A stretch of 64,000 nucleotides of DNA from Mobula hypostoma (Eukaryota), in contig NC_086098.1 of assembly GCF_963921235.1 (NCBI RefSeq), forward strand, positions 155,868,001 to 155,932,000, given 5' to 3'. The notes under the pieces are model-generated. The model was not told the origin of the DNA. It saw nothing but the letters and a program-made list of their open reading frames with translations, and did no database searches. Position numbers and translations under genes: made by a program. Shown one piece after another: positions 35,451 through 48,200 of this stretch. How positions within the stretch are numbered: position 1 is the stretch's first letter; each line of letters begins with the position of its first letter.

Positions 35451-37108
35451 ATGACGAATCACAGAAAATTCGCCGTACTGAAAGAAGCCATTTGCCCATC
35501 ATACTTGTGCTGGTACAGTACCTGCAGGTCACTGTACTTTGAGTGATACTCAAGTACTTTGTAAGTGTAATGAGAATTTCTTCCTCTGCCTCACCCTTTC
35601 AGACCATGAGTTCCAAATCTCTACCACATCTGGGATGATATAGTTTCCTTGATCTCCCCTCTAATCTTCCTATGCATAGATCCACACTGCCCCCACCCCC
35701 ATGCTTGACTCCTCTGCTAAAAATAATTGGTCTTTCTGGTTACAAACACAAGAGATTCGACAGATATTGGAAATCCAAGGCAACACATGGAAAATGCAGG
35801 AGGAGCTCAGCAGGTCAGGCAGCCTCTATGGAAATGAGTAAACAGTAAACGTTTTGGGCCGAGGCACTTCATCAGGACTAATGAAATGTCCACTGTTTAT
35901 TCATTTCCATAGATGCTGCCTGACCTGCTGAGACATTTATTGATATTTTATTTAAAGATACACAACAAAATAGGTCTTCTGGCTCAATGAGTGGTACCCC
36001 CCCCCCCGCCCCCCACCACGCCAGTGACTACCTACTTAAACCTAATCTAATTACAGGACAATTTACAATGACGCATTACTAACCGGTACATCTTTGGACT
36101 GTGGGAGGAAAGCGGAGCACCCAGATATTCACAGGGTGAGCATACAAACTTTCTTATGGAGGACACCAGAACTGAACTCCGAACTCCGACACCTCGAGCT
36201 ATAACAGAGTCGTGCTTACCGCTACATTACCGTGGCACCCCATGTCTTCCAGCTCCTCCAGCATCTTGTGTGTGTTGCTCGGCCTGTCTGGTTGGCTCTT
36301 CAAGATTTCTGTGTCTGTTCAGCTTTTCCTTTTCCAAGGAAAATAACCCAGTCCATCGAACATTTCCCCATAGCTACAACTTTCCAGTTCTGGCAATACC
36401 GCTAATACAATCACACATTTGCTGCACTGCAGTGGCCGGAGCTGGACGCGTCGCTCAGATGGTGGACTCACTCAGACTGTACCTGGTTATAATATACTCT
36501 GTGTGATCCTATGTCCTATGCCACGGCTAAAAATGGAAAATATGCCATGTGTGGTTTCAACCACCTTATTAATTAGCCACGAATGTTCTGTGAACGTAAA
36601 CAACATGACCCTTTCTCCGTCTCCAACCCACATTATGTTCCTCCATTTTTGTGTATTCCCCGATGTAAATTGCTTTTGCTGTTTATCTATTCAACAGACC
36701 AGTGGCTTAAAGTTTCCTCCCAAATGTCAACCATATCTCCAAATTTGCATCATTTAGAAATCAGTGTGTCTCAGCTTGATTTGAAAGTTACAGTATTACA
36801 AACGTGCCTTCTGCAAAATGGCTTATAACTGGTTTATTTCTGCCTCGCAATAATATTCATTAATGCAAACATGAGAAAATATGCAGATGCTGGAAATTCA
36901 AGCAACACACACAAAATGCTGGTAGAACACGTCTATAGGAAGAGGTACAGTCGACGTTTCGGGCCTTGACCCTTCGTCAGGACTAACTGAAAGAAGAGAT
37001 AGTAAGAGATTTGAAAGAGGGAGGGGGAGAGGGAGATCCGAAATGATAGGAGAAGACAGGAGGGGGAGTTCATTGATGACTGGTCTGGAAACGGGACCTA
37101 ACCATGTC

Positions 37109-37570
37109 TACCCAGTGGCCCCTTTATTAGGTACCTCCTGCAGCAAAAAGTAGCCACTGAGTGTATATTCATAAACTTCTGCTGCGGTAGCCCATCCATG
37201 TCGACGTGTAGTGGCGTTCAGAGATGCGCTTTTGCACACCACTGTTGTAATGCAGGGTTGTTTGAAAAATTTTCACTTTCCTGTCGGTTTGAACTACTCT
37301 GGCCACCCATTCTCCTCAGATACCTCTCATTAACAAGGTGCTTTCTCCTCACAGAACTGCCCCTCGCTAGATGTGTTTGTGTTTTTTTCGCACCAACGAG
37401 TAAACACCAAAGACCTTTGTTTGTGAAAATCCCAGATCGTCAGCAGTTTCTGAGATATTCAAACCACCCCGACTTGCACCAACAATTATTCCACAGTCAA
37501 AGTCACTTAGATCACATTTCTTCTCCATTCTGATGTTTGATCTGAACAACAACTGAACCTCTTGATCAAA
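37109..37570 (-). mobile_element. Second Tc1 family, deleted non-autonomous copy
   Basis: Terminus cccagtggcccctttattaggtacc. MEKKCDLSDFDCGIIVGASRGGLNISETA (N-terminal Tc1 HTH). Confidence 0.8.
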
Positions 37571-38289
37571 CAGTCGACGTCTCGGTTGGAAATATTGGCT
37601 GTTTACTCTTTTCCATAGACGCTGCCAGGCCTGCTGAGTTCCTCCAGCATTTTTGTGCGTGTTGCTTAGATTTCCGGCATCTGCAGAGTTTTCTCCCGCT
37701 CGAGGCTGCACAATTAAGCCGCCAATTTAATGCTTGAGATCGGAATGCTGGAAGCCCCTCTCTGGGCGGGCTGGAATAGAAGCTGTAACTCGTGGCGCAT
37801 GATTCACCCTGGTAATGTTAAAATAGCTGCCTGTGTCTTTAAAAGAAAACGATGATGTCATTATGCACAAGTGGAGTAGAAAAAGAGTTGCAAGGTTCCA
37901 AAAAGAACGTCGAATGCTAGTCGTATGGTGAGGAAAGGTGCAAAATATTTGATAATATCCATGTAAATTCATTTACACGTTTGTAAATCTGGAGTATCGG
38001 TAATTTGACATGTTTTGCTTGTGGATGCTTGAGATTTTCGCGAGTAAGGTGTAGGCGCTGGATAGCGAGGTTGTGTGAAGTTCCTTATCGGACTAGTAAC
38101 GTGAGTGAGGAGAATTCGTCTCAGGGTCTAACCTATATGTGTTTGGAAGATAAGCACGTGTGTACCAATATCTTACTTAAGATGAGATGTATTTATCATT
38201 ATTTTTGATGTAGTGTGTAAGGTGCAGGGTTGGTGGGATTCTAATGTTGTTTGTATTTTTTTAGAATTGCCACTACTGTGTTCGTTTTG

Positions 38290-41105
38290 TATAGTTAACA
38301 TAGAACATAGAATAGTACAGCACAGTACAGGCCCTTCGGCCCACAATGCTGTGCCGACCCTCAAACCCTGCCTCCCATATAAGCCCCCACCTTAGATTCC
38401 TCCATATACCTGTCTAGTAGTCTCTTAAACTTCACTAGTGTATCTGCCTCCACCACTGACTCAGGCAGTGCATTCCACGCACCAACCACTCTCTGAGTAA
38501 AAAACCTTCCTCTAATATCCCCCTTGAACTTCCCACCCCTTACCTTAAAGCCATGTCCTTTTGTATTGAGCAGTGGTGCCCTGGGGAAGAGGCGCTGGCT
38601 ATCCACTCTATCTATTCCTCTTATTATCTTCTACACCTCTATCATGTCTCCTCTCATCCTCCTTCTCTCCAAAGAGTAAAGCCCTAGCTCCCTTAATCTC
38701 TGATCATAATGCATACTTTCTAAACCAGGCAGCATCCTGGTAAATCTCCTCTGTACCTTTCCAATGCTTCCACAGCCTTCCTATAGTGAGGTGACCAGAA
38801 CTGGACACAATACTCCAAGTGTGGCCTAACCAGAGTTTAATAGAGCTGCATCATTACATCGCGACTCTTAAACTCTATCCCTCGACTTATGAAAGCTAAC
38901 ACCCCATAAGCTTTCTTAACTACCCTATCTACCTGTGAGGCAACTTTCAGGGATCTGTGGACATGTACCCCGAGATCCCTCTGCTCCTCCACACTACCAA
39001 GTATCCTGCCATTTACTTTGTACTCTGCCTTGGAGTTTGTCCTTCCAAAGTGTGCCACCTCACACTTCTCCAGGTTGAACTCCATCTGCCACTTCTCAGC
39101 CCACTTCTGCATCCTATCAATGTCTTTCTGCAATCTTTGACAATCCTCTACACTATCTACAACACCACCAACCTTTGTGTTGTCTGCAAACTTGCCAACC
39201 CACCCTTCTACCCCGACATCCAGGTCGTTAATAAAAATCACGAAAAGTAGAGGTCCCAGAACAGATCCTTGTGGAACACCACTAGTCACAATCCTCCAAT
39301 CTGAATGTACTCCCTCCACCACCACCCTCTGCCTTCTGCAGGCAAGCCAATTGTGAATCCACCTGGCCATACTTCCCTGGATCCCATGCCTTCTAACTTT
39401 CTGAATAAGCCTACCGTGTGGAACCTTGTCAAATGCCTTACTAAAATCCATATAGATCACATCCACTGCACTACCCTCATCTATATGCCTGGTCATCTCC
39501 TCAAAGAACTCTATCAGGCTTGTTAGACACGATCTGCCCTTCACAAAGCCATGCTGACTGTCCCTGATCAGACCATGATTCTCTAAATGCCTATAGATCC
39601 TATCTCTAAGAATCTTTTCCAACAGCTTTCCCACCACAGATGTAAGGCTCACTGGTCTATAATTACCTGGGCTATCCCTACTACCTTTTTTTGAACAAGG
39701 GAACAACATTCGCCTCCCTCCAATCCTCCGGTACCATTCCCGTGGACAACAAGGACATAAAGATCCTAGCCAGAGGCTCAGAAATCTCTTCTCTCGCCTC
39801 GTGGAGCAGCCTGGGGAATATTCCGTCAAGCCCCAGGTCCTAATGTATTTTAACAACTCCAACACCTCCTCTCCCTTAATATCAGCATGCTCCAGAACAT
39901 CAACCTCACTCATATTGTCCTCACCATCATCAAGTTCCCTCTCATTGGTGAATACCGAAGAGAAGTATTCATTGAGGACCTCGCTCACTTCCACAGCCTC
40001 CAGGCACATCTTCCCACCTTTATCTCTAATCGGTCCTACCTTCACTCCTGTCATCCTTTTGCTGTTCAGATAATTGAAGAATGCCTTGGGGTTTTCCTTT
40101 ACCCTACTCACCAAGGCCTTCTCATGCCCCCTTCTTGCTCTTCTCAGCCCCTTCTTAAGCTCCTTTCTTGATTCCCTATATTCCTCAATAGACCCAGCTG
40201 ATCCTTGCTTCCTGAACCTCATGTATGCTGCCTTCTTCCTCCTGACTAGATTTTCCACCTCACTTGTCACCCATGGTTCCTTCACCCTACCATTCTTTAT
40301 CTTCCTCACCGGGACAAATTTATCCCTTACATCCCGCAAGAAATCTCTAAACGTCGACCACATGTCCATAGTACATTTCCCTGCAAAAGCATCATCCCAA
40401 TTCACACCCGCAAGTTCTAGCCTTATAGCCTCATAATTTTCCTTTCCCCAATTAAAAATTTTCCTGTCCTCTTTGATTCTATCCTTTTCCATGATAATTA
40501 TAAAGGCCAGGGAGTGGTGGTCACTGTCCCCCAGATGCTCACCCACTGAGAGATCTGTGACCTGACCCGGTTCATTACCTAGTACTAGATCTAGTATGGC
40601 ATTCCCCCTGGTCGGCCTGTCCACATACTGTGACAGGAATCCATCCTGGACACACTTAACAAATTCTGCCCCATCTAAACCCTTGGAACTAATCAGGTGC
40701 CAATCAATATTAGGGAAGTTAATGTCACCCATGATAACAACCCTGTTATTTCTGCACCTTTCCAAAATCTGCCTCCCAATCTGCTCCTCTCTATCTCTGC
40801 TGCTACCAGGGGGCCTATAGAATACCCCCAGTAGAGTAACTGATCCCTTCCTGTTCCTGACTTCCACCCATATTGACTCAAAAGAGGATCCTGCTACATT
40901 ACCCACCCTTTCTGTCGCTGTAATAGTATCCCTGACCAGTAATGCCACCCCTCCTCCCCTTTTTCCGCCCTCTCTATCCCTTTTAAAGCACTAAAATCCA
41001 GGAATATTGAGAATCCATTCCTGCCCTGGTGCTAGCCAAGTCTCTGTAATGGCCACTACGTCATAATTCCATGTATGTATCCAAGCTCTCAGTTCATCAC
41101 CTTTG
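38290..41105 (-). mobile_element. CR1 LINE, nearly complete ORF2
   Basis: ORF 38837-40948 (703 aa) with APE C-terminus and RT. (catagaa)n tail. Confidence 0.95.
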
Positions 41106-43109
41106 TTCCTAGTTTGTTTTATTTATTTTCATGCTGCATACGTTACAAGGGAACTGCTGTTTTTAAGTCATTTTGTCGTTTTAATTTTTATACCCTCTTT
41201 CTGCAATAAAACATCTAAAACAGACAAAGGAATTAAAGACCAAAAAAAGGTATTTGTTGTCTTTCGTGTGTATTTTTCCCCAGGCTACAAAATAATTACG
41301 TTGGTAATCGAAAATAAAAACAGAAAATACTAGACTGCGTGAGTTGAATAAGAAACGAACTACACTTTTCAGACCGAAGTGACTGGCTAGCCTCCACTTA
41401 ACCTCCAATAGGAGAGGAGATCTTTTTTATGACGTTCCAAGCGAACGGCCAAATATAGCGGTCTGCCATTCACAATGTTTAAAGAGGGCGTTAACTGCCT
41501 GGCTCAGAGCTTTCAATTTCTCACCACAGCTCCTCCTACCGTTCAAAAGCATTAGCGCGGCCAACAGTTACCATCACAGATTCGGAATAACTTCAATCCT
41601 GCAAGAAAATACAACTCCTACCCCCTACCCAACCACCACTCACCCCCCAACTAGCCGCTAACTGTTGGCACACCAAGCAATTTGGGAAGGTTGTGATTAG
41701 TAAGAAAAGGTAGATGCACAAACATCGCATTTGATTATTGTAATGCGGACAGCGATGAGATATTACAGCGATCCATCGAATAGGTAGCCAAATGATCAAG
41801 TGCAAACCTCACGGTTCAATTAACCAGATTTGTTGGTATATTAAATTTGATATTTTCCTCTGCACTGAGCTGTGTGGGCGCAGAATTAATGAAAGAGCGG
41901 CGACACAGTGGTGTAAATAGATTTTTTTTCTTAAATGCTCCGTCCTCTATATCAAATTTTAGAATATCGGAAGTTTTATTGTAGAAGAAATCTTCGTGAG
42001 GTGGTTCAAATTCGAGAGGAACGCATAGTAGCTATTAAATCGTCTGCCACTTCCAACTCCGGCGAATTATTCACTCTGCCGGCGTCGCTACGGACTCTTG
42101 CGCCTGTTCGGCTATCAACCACACTCACCACTCCCAAACGTCACAGCAGGACCATTGAGCCTTTCCTTCCTGAATTTCGGAAGCACAGATCAACGACGTG
42201 GAAAGATGTGACTGCAGTAAGTCAGAGAAGGAATGGAAACTATTGATAAAATATTCATCATCGTCTGCATCGCTCAAGTCTCCGCCACCTGTGAGTCTGT
42301 GCGAATCCACTGGGTGGCAGTGTTTACTGAAACTTAGTCAAATGCTTCACCCTGCCTTCATACCATAATGAACCGTTGTACTGTGCATTTTCACTATACA
42401 AAATGAAAATACAATACAAATTTTAAAAGTGAATAAACCTATAATCAGTTTACTAAAAACCTGTAATCGGTCGCACAAAATGCTGAAAGAACTCAGCAGG
42501 TCAGGCAGCATCTATGGAAAAGAGTAAACACTCGACGTCTCGACCTGAAACATCGACTGTTTACTCTTTTCCATAGATGCTGTCTGGCCTGCTAAATTCC
42601 TCCAGCAGTTGTGTGTGTTTTTCACTCTTGTTCGTAATCAGTTAGTGTTTGGCTGGGGTCTCTTCACTGCTTGGACAGAGGGCCGGGATTCAGAGCTGGG
42701 GTGGGAGTAACCTTATCTTCAAAGCAGTGTTTGATGGGTATAGTATGAATGAAACCTATAAAACGAAGACAATGGGAATCAATGAGAAATCTCTCCACCG
42801 TCTGATCATACGCTGGGTTAAAACAAAGTTGCGATTATTGGAAGTCACGAATTCAATCCCAGGATATCCCTGCTGGAGACCTTAATGCAATATCCTAGGC
42901 CAAAACATTTTCAACTGCGTCATCAATGACCCTGCCTTATGATATCAGCAGTGGTGATGTTCACTAAACTCCGGCACTCCATGTCCATTCCACCCATTTT
43001 GCCCTCCTGCACTGATTCCAGTTGTCTCTGTTAGAAGCCAAATCAGATTATCAATGACTTAAGTCAGGAAATTTGTTTTGTAGCAGCAGTGTAAGATGTA
43101 AAAAATTAC

Positions 43110-44940
43110 TATAACATAGAACATAGAACATAGAATAGTACAGCACATTACAGGCCCTTCGGCCCACAATGTTGTGCCGACCTTCAAACCCTGCCAACCA
43201 TATACCCCCCCACCTTAAATTCCTCCATAAACCTGTCTAGTAGTCTCTTAAACTTCACTAGTGTATCTGCCTTCACCACTGACTCAGGCAGAGCATTCCA
43301 CGCACCAACCACTCTCTGAGTAAAAAACCTTCCTCTAATATCCCCCTTAAACTTCCCGCCCCTTACCTTAAAGCCATGTCCTTTTGTATTGAGCAGTGGT
43401 GCCCTGGGGAAGAGGTGCTGGCTATCCACTCTATCTATTCCTCTTATTATCTTGTACACCTCTATCATGTCTCCTCTCATCCTTCTTCTCTCCAAAGAGT
43501 AAAGCCCTAGCACACACTCTAAACCAGGCAGCCTCCTGGTAAATCTCCTCTGTACCCTTCCCAATGCTTCCACATCGTTCCTATAGTGAGGCAAGCAGAA
43601 CTGGACACAGTACTCCAAGTGGGGCCTAACCAGAGTTTTATAGAGCTGCATCATTACCTCGTGACTCTTAAACTCTATCCCTCGACTTATGAAAGCTAAC
43701 ACCCCTTAAGCTTTCTTAACTACCCTATCTACCTGTGAGGCAACTTTCAGGGAGCTGTGGACATGTACCCCCAGATCCCTCTGCTCCTCCACACTACTAA
43801 GTATCTTGCTATTTACTTTGTACTCTGCCTTGGAGTTTGTCCTTCCAAAGTGTACCATCTCACACTTCTCCGGGTTGAACTCCATCTGCCACTTCTCAGC
43901 CCACTTCTGCATCCTATCAATGTCTCTCTGCAATCTTCGACAATCTTCTACACTATCTACACCACCAACCTTTGTGTCATCTGTAAACTTGCCAGCCCAC
44001 CCTTCTACCCCCACATCGAGGTCGTTAATAAAAATCACGAAAAGTAGAGGTCCCAGAACAGATCCTTGTGGGTCACCACAAGTCACAATCCTCCAATCTG
44101 AATGTACTCCCTCCACCACCACCCTCTGCCTTCTGCAGGCAAGCCAATTCTGAATCCACCTGGCCAAACTTCCCTGGATCCGATGCCTTCTGACTTTCTG
44201 AAGAAGCCTACCATGTGGAACCTTGTCAAATGCCTTACTAAATTCCATATAGATCACATCCTCTGTACTATGCTCATCTATATGCCTGGTCACCTCCTCA
44301 AAGAACTCTATCAGGCTTGTTAGACATCATCTGCCCTTCACAAAGCCATGCTGACTGTCCCTGATCAGACCATGATTCTCTAAATGCCTATAGATCCTAT
44401 CTCTAAGAATCTTTTCCAACAGCTTTCCCACCACAGACATAAGGCTCCCTGGTCTATAATTACCCGGACTATCCCTACTACCTTTTTTGACAAGAGGACA
44501 ACATTCGCCTCCCTCCAGTCCTCCAGTACCATTCCTGTAGACAACGAGGACATAAAGATCCTAGCCAGAGGCTCAGCAATCTCTTCCCTCACCTCGTGGA
44601 GCAGCCTGGGGAATATTCCATCAGGCTCCAGGGACTTATCTGTCCTGATGTATTTAAACAACTCCAACACCTTCTCTCCCTTAATATCAACATGCTCCAG
44701 AACATCAACCTCACTCATATTGTCCTCACCATCATCAAGTTCCCTCTTATTGGTGAATACCAAAGAGAAGTATTCATTGAGGACCTCGCTCACTTCCACA
44801 GCCTCCAGGCACATCTTCCCACCTTTATCTCTAATCGGTCCTACCTTCACTGCTGTCATCCTTTTTTTCTTCACATAATTGAAGAATGCCTTGGGGTTTT
44901 CCTTTACCCTACTCGCCCAGGCTTTCTCATGCTCCCTTCT
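43110..44940 (-). mobile_element. 5'-truncated CR1, same subfamily as 38290-41105
   Basis: ORFs 44380-44874, 43706-44293 and 43184-43702. Near-identical stretches to the 38-41 kb copy. Confidence 0.95.
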
Positions 44941-44999
44941 TGATGGGAAGATTGTAAATATGGATTCGTTTGAATCGTCCTGAGCCTTCTTTGATCTCT

Positions 45000-45290
45000 A
45001 GCACATAAAATGTGTGTAGTGCTACAGACTTTTCCACTGGCTGTGTCTCCATATGATGCCTGTTGTCCCTTGTTTTGTCAAATAAAGAAGCTGCTTTGTA
45101 TCTCCGAGTACTTTTCCTCCAGTGACTTCATTCATGCAAAAACAGCCTTTTCTGTTGGCCAGACAGTTTGCTGTAGTTTTCATAAATCGTGAGAGAATGC
45201 TGCACCAAACCAGGCAGTAATGGCTGATGTGAGGATGCTCTCTCTGAAGGCAGTGTAGAATTACACCAGGATGTCCTGGGGAAGGTGGAA
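45000..45290 (-). mobile_element. Rex1-like RT C-terminal fragment plus short repeat
   Basis: Translates FYTAFRESILTSAITAWFG..LQQTV. Confidence 0.6.
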
Positions 45291-48200
45291 TTTTACCACC
45301 TACTGTAGCGGTGCACCACATACGGTGATGTAACAACGGAATGTGCTGGAAACACTTGCAGGTTAGTTAGTAAATGTTAACACAAATATTACATCGAGAA
45401 GCTATGGAAAGTTGAACACTGATGTAACACAGGCTTGGAAATCTACATTGTAAGCATCGCTTACATAAATTTGCCTTGTTTTCATTTGAGTATGAGATGG
45501 AGTGTGAATGATCTGAAATATTCACAGTATTGCTAGGGTGGATTTGGAAAACATATCCCATACTATGAGAAATCAAAAGGAGGTGATTATAAGCACAAGA
45601 AATTCTACAACTAAGGCTCTCAGCCCAAAATGATGACTGTTCCCCTCTATTGAAGCTGTCTGAGTTCCTCCAGCATTTTGTGTATATTGCAAATGAGATT
45701 AGGAGTCAATATGGATCAAAAATATTTTTTTCTCAGAAGGGCAACTGAAAGTTACTGGATGTTTCCAGCAATGAGGTACAGGAAAACGATTCCCCTACAT
45801 TTCCTATTAGTTAGTAGTCAGAGATGGTAACAGAGTTATACTGTGCATCATTTATGATGATCTTAAGAAATCTTAACACAGGATTTAGCTGAAACAGCTA
45901 TGTGATAGGAAGCACTCATTTCATTCCTATTGCAAACCTTCAATTTCCAACACATATTCTGGTCACCCGAGCCATTATTTTTGGAAAGACTAATCAAAGC
46001 CTGTATTAACACATTGCAAATTATATGCCTTAATGCTGTCATTTGTTCAAACAGTACCTTCACTGTTCACCATCCCACCCCACTGGTTAAAATTGCAGTT
46101 ACTGCACCTAAGCCTTAATGCAACATTTGACAATAAAATGCAGCATTTTCATGATCTGCTCATCTCATCTACTTCTTTGGGTTACTTGGTCCAAAGAGTA
46201 AATAAAGCTAGTAATTTGCCACATCTCTGATCATGTTTATTGGTTTCACTGAATGTAAACATGTCTTTGGCTTGAATAGTGTAGCTGCATGCTGGTGCTT
46301 TAATTAATGAATATTGCAGTCTGAATTCTGTTGTATATAACTTTTCAATCTTAATCATTTTCTCTAAATTTCTGCTTCTATTTATAGTACAAAAGATAAA
46401 AGACAGCATGAAGCAAATGTAAGACTCACAGGGATAAATACCTTCAGATCTTCAAACTCTCAATCCTATGAATGAATATTGACAGCTCCTATCAGGACAG
46501 TCACAGTGGCAATAACTCGATATATCTGTGTGAACTATAAACAAATCTACCATTTGTAAAACGGCCTATCATCAGTCATTTGATTGGTAGATTTCCTCTC
46601 TCTAAGCATAATAATTAGCAAATTCAAACTCCTTTTTAGCACACATTCACTCCCTTTGGATAATGGATTAAGTAACTTTCCAATATCATTTATGTCAATT
46701 CCTCTAAATACTTGTACTGTATCTCCTTCATTAATACAAAAGAGTTGGAATTTTTTCATTCTTGGTCTGTAACCAATAAGATTTTGGAATGCTTTATAAA
46801 AGAATTGACTTAATACACCTATACAAAACTATTCTAACTGCATTTATAATTAAATTGTAACTTTGCTCACCATGATCAGGCCCAAATAATTCCAAGTGCA
46901 GAAATTTCAAGAAAATGAATGCACTGGGCAATTAAGCTTGCCTGAACTCGTGTTGGCAGCCAGGGAACAGATCTGAACTGTGCAGCTAATACTGTCATTT
47001 GGTGACATTGAATTATTTGTCAAGGATATTGCTGTCCCATTGTAACTTCAGTTTAACAATAAAGACATCTGGGGCAGACGCATGGCTCAATAATTCAGTG
47101 TAATCCTCTTTATACTTTTAAAATTTAATTCACTTGTTCAGTGATTGTTTAGAAATCAAATCCTGCTTTATTAATAAATAATATAACATTCCATAATTGA
47201 AAGATTAACCAATTTTAATGGACACCACTTCGTCATTTTGATTGACCATTTTAATCTTCAAAGGCTTAAAGTAGATAGTATCTGATGTGCCACCACTGAA
47301 ATTTGATAACAATTCCAAAGTTAAAAGTTAAAATTTTTTAGCCAGATAGTGCTAGGCATCTAACTGAATGAGATTAACACCAGGATCTATGTAGGGTTTA
47401 ATTTCCAGTTATTTCACAGAAACATGATCAAAAAACATTCCAGGGAAGAGTAAGGGGAAGACTTTTAAGCAGCATCTTCTGCAGGAGTAGATTAGAGAAG
47501 CAGAGAATGCAAGGAGGAAGAGACCGAGTTTGCAGACCATCAACAAACCAGGTTGGTGATTTCACCATTTATGCATCAACACATAACATTTAATATCATT
47601 TTTGAAATTAATAATGTTGATATTTTTAGGACCTCCCAAGCTCAGAAGAAATGAATTAGTTACAGGAGTCAGGCAAGCCACTGAGATCTGGACTGCAGCA
47701 ACTGAAAGGTAAAGTCTAGGACAAATAGTGAGTGGAAACTGACCCAGCGCTAAATAGGCTGTGATTGTGAATGTTAACTCTGCATTGAATTATCTCATCA
47801 TTGTTACATGGAACACTGTTTATTTCTGTAATTTTTCCCTTTGTTGACTGCATGACCTATGTTCTGATAGTTTGGAACTAGTCATAAGCACAGCTGATCT
47901 TAAATTCATGGTCCAAAGTTAAATTGTCCAGCATCACTTTTCGGGCTTCATACATCTTTCACTTTTTGGGTTTTATATTTAATATCTCACTTGGCCATTT
48001 TCAGATGTCGGGGAGAAAGAAGAACTCAGGCAAAGAGGTGAGATGCAGATTAACTTGGACCTCACCCATCCAGTGACCTCATGGTATGATTGCTAGAGTC
48101 CAACAGTCTCCAGGAAGCAGAACCTGGAGACCAGCAGGGAAAAAAGCTACAGAAGGAAGAAACAGGTGTGGTTTTGGTTCATTGTCCTCTCCTGTTTGTC

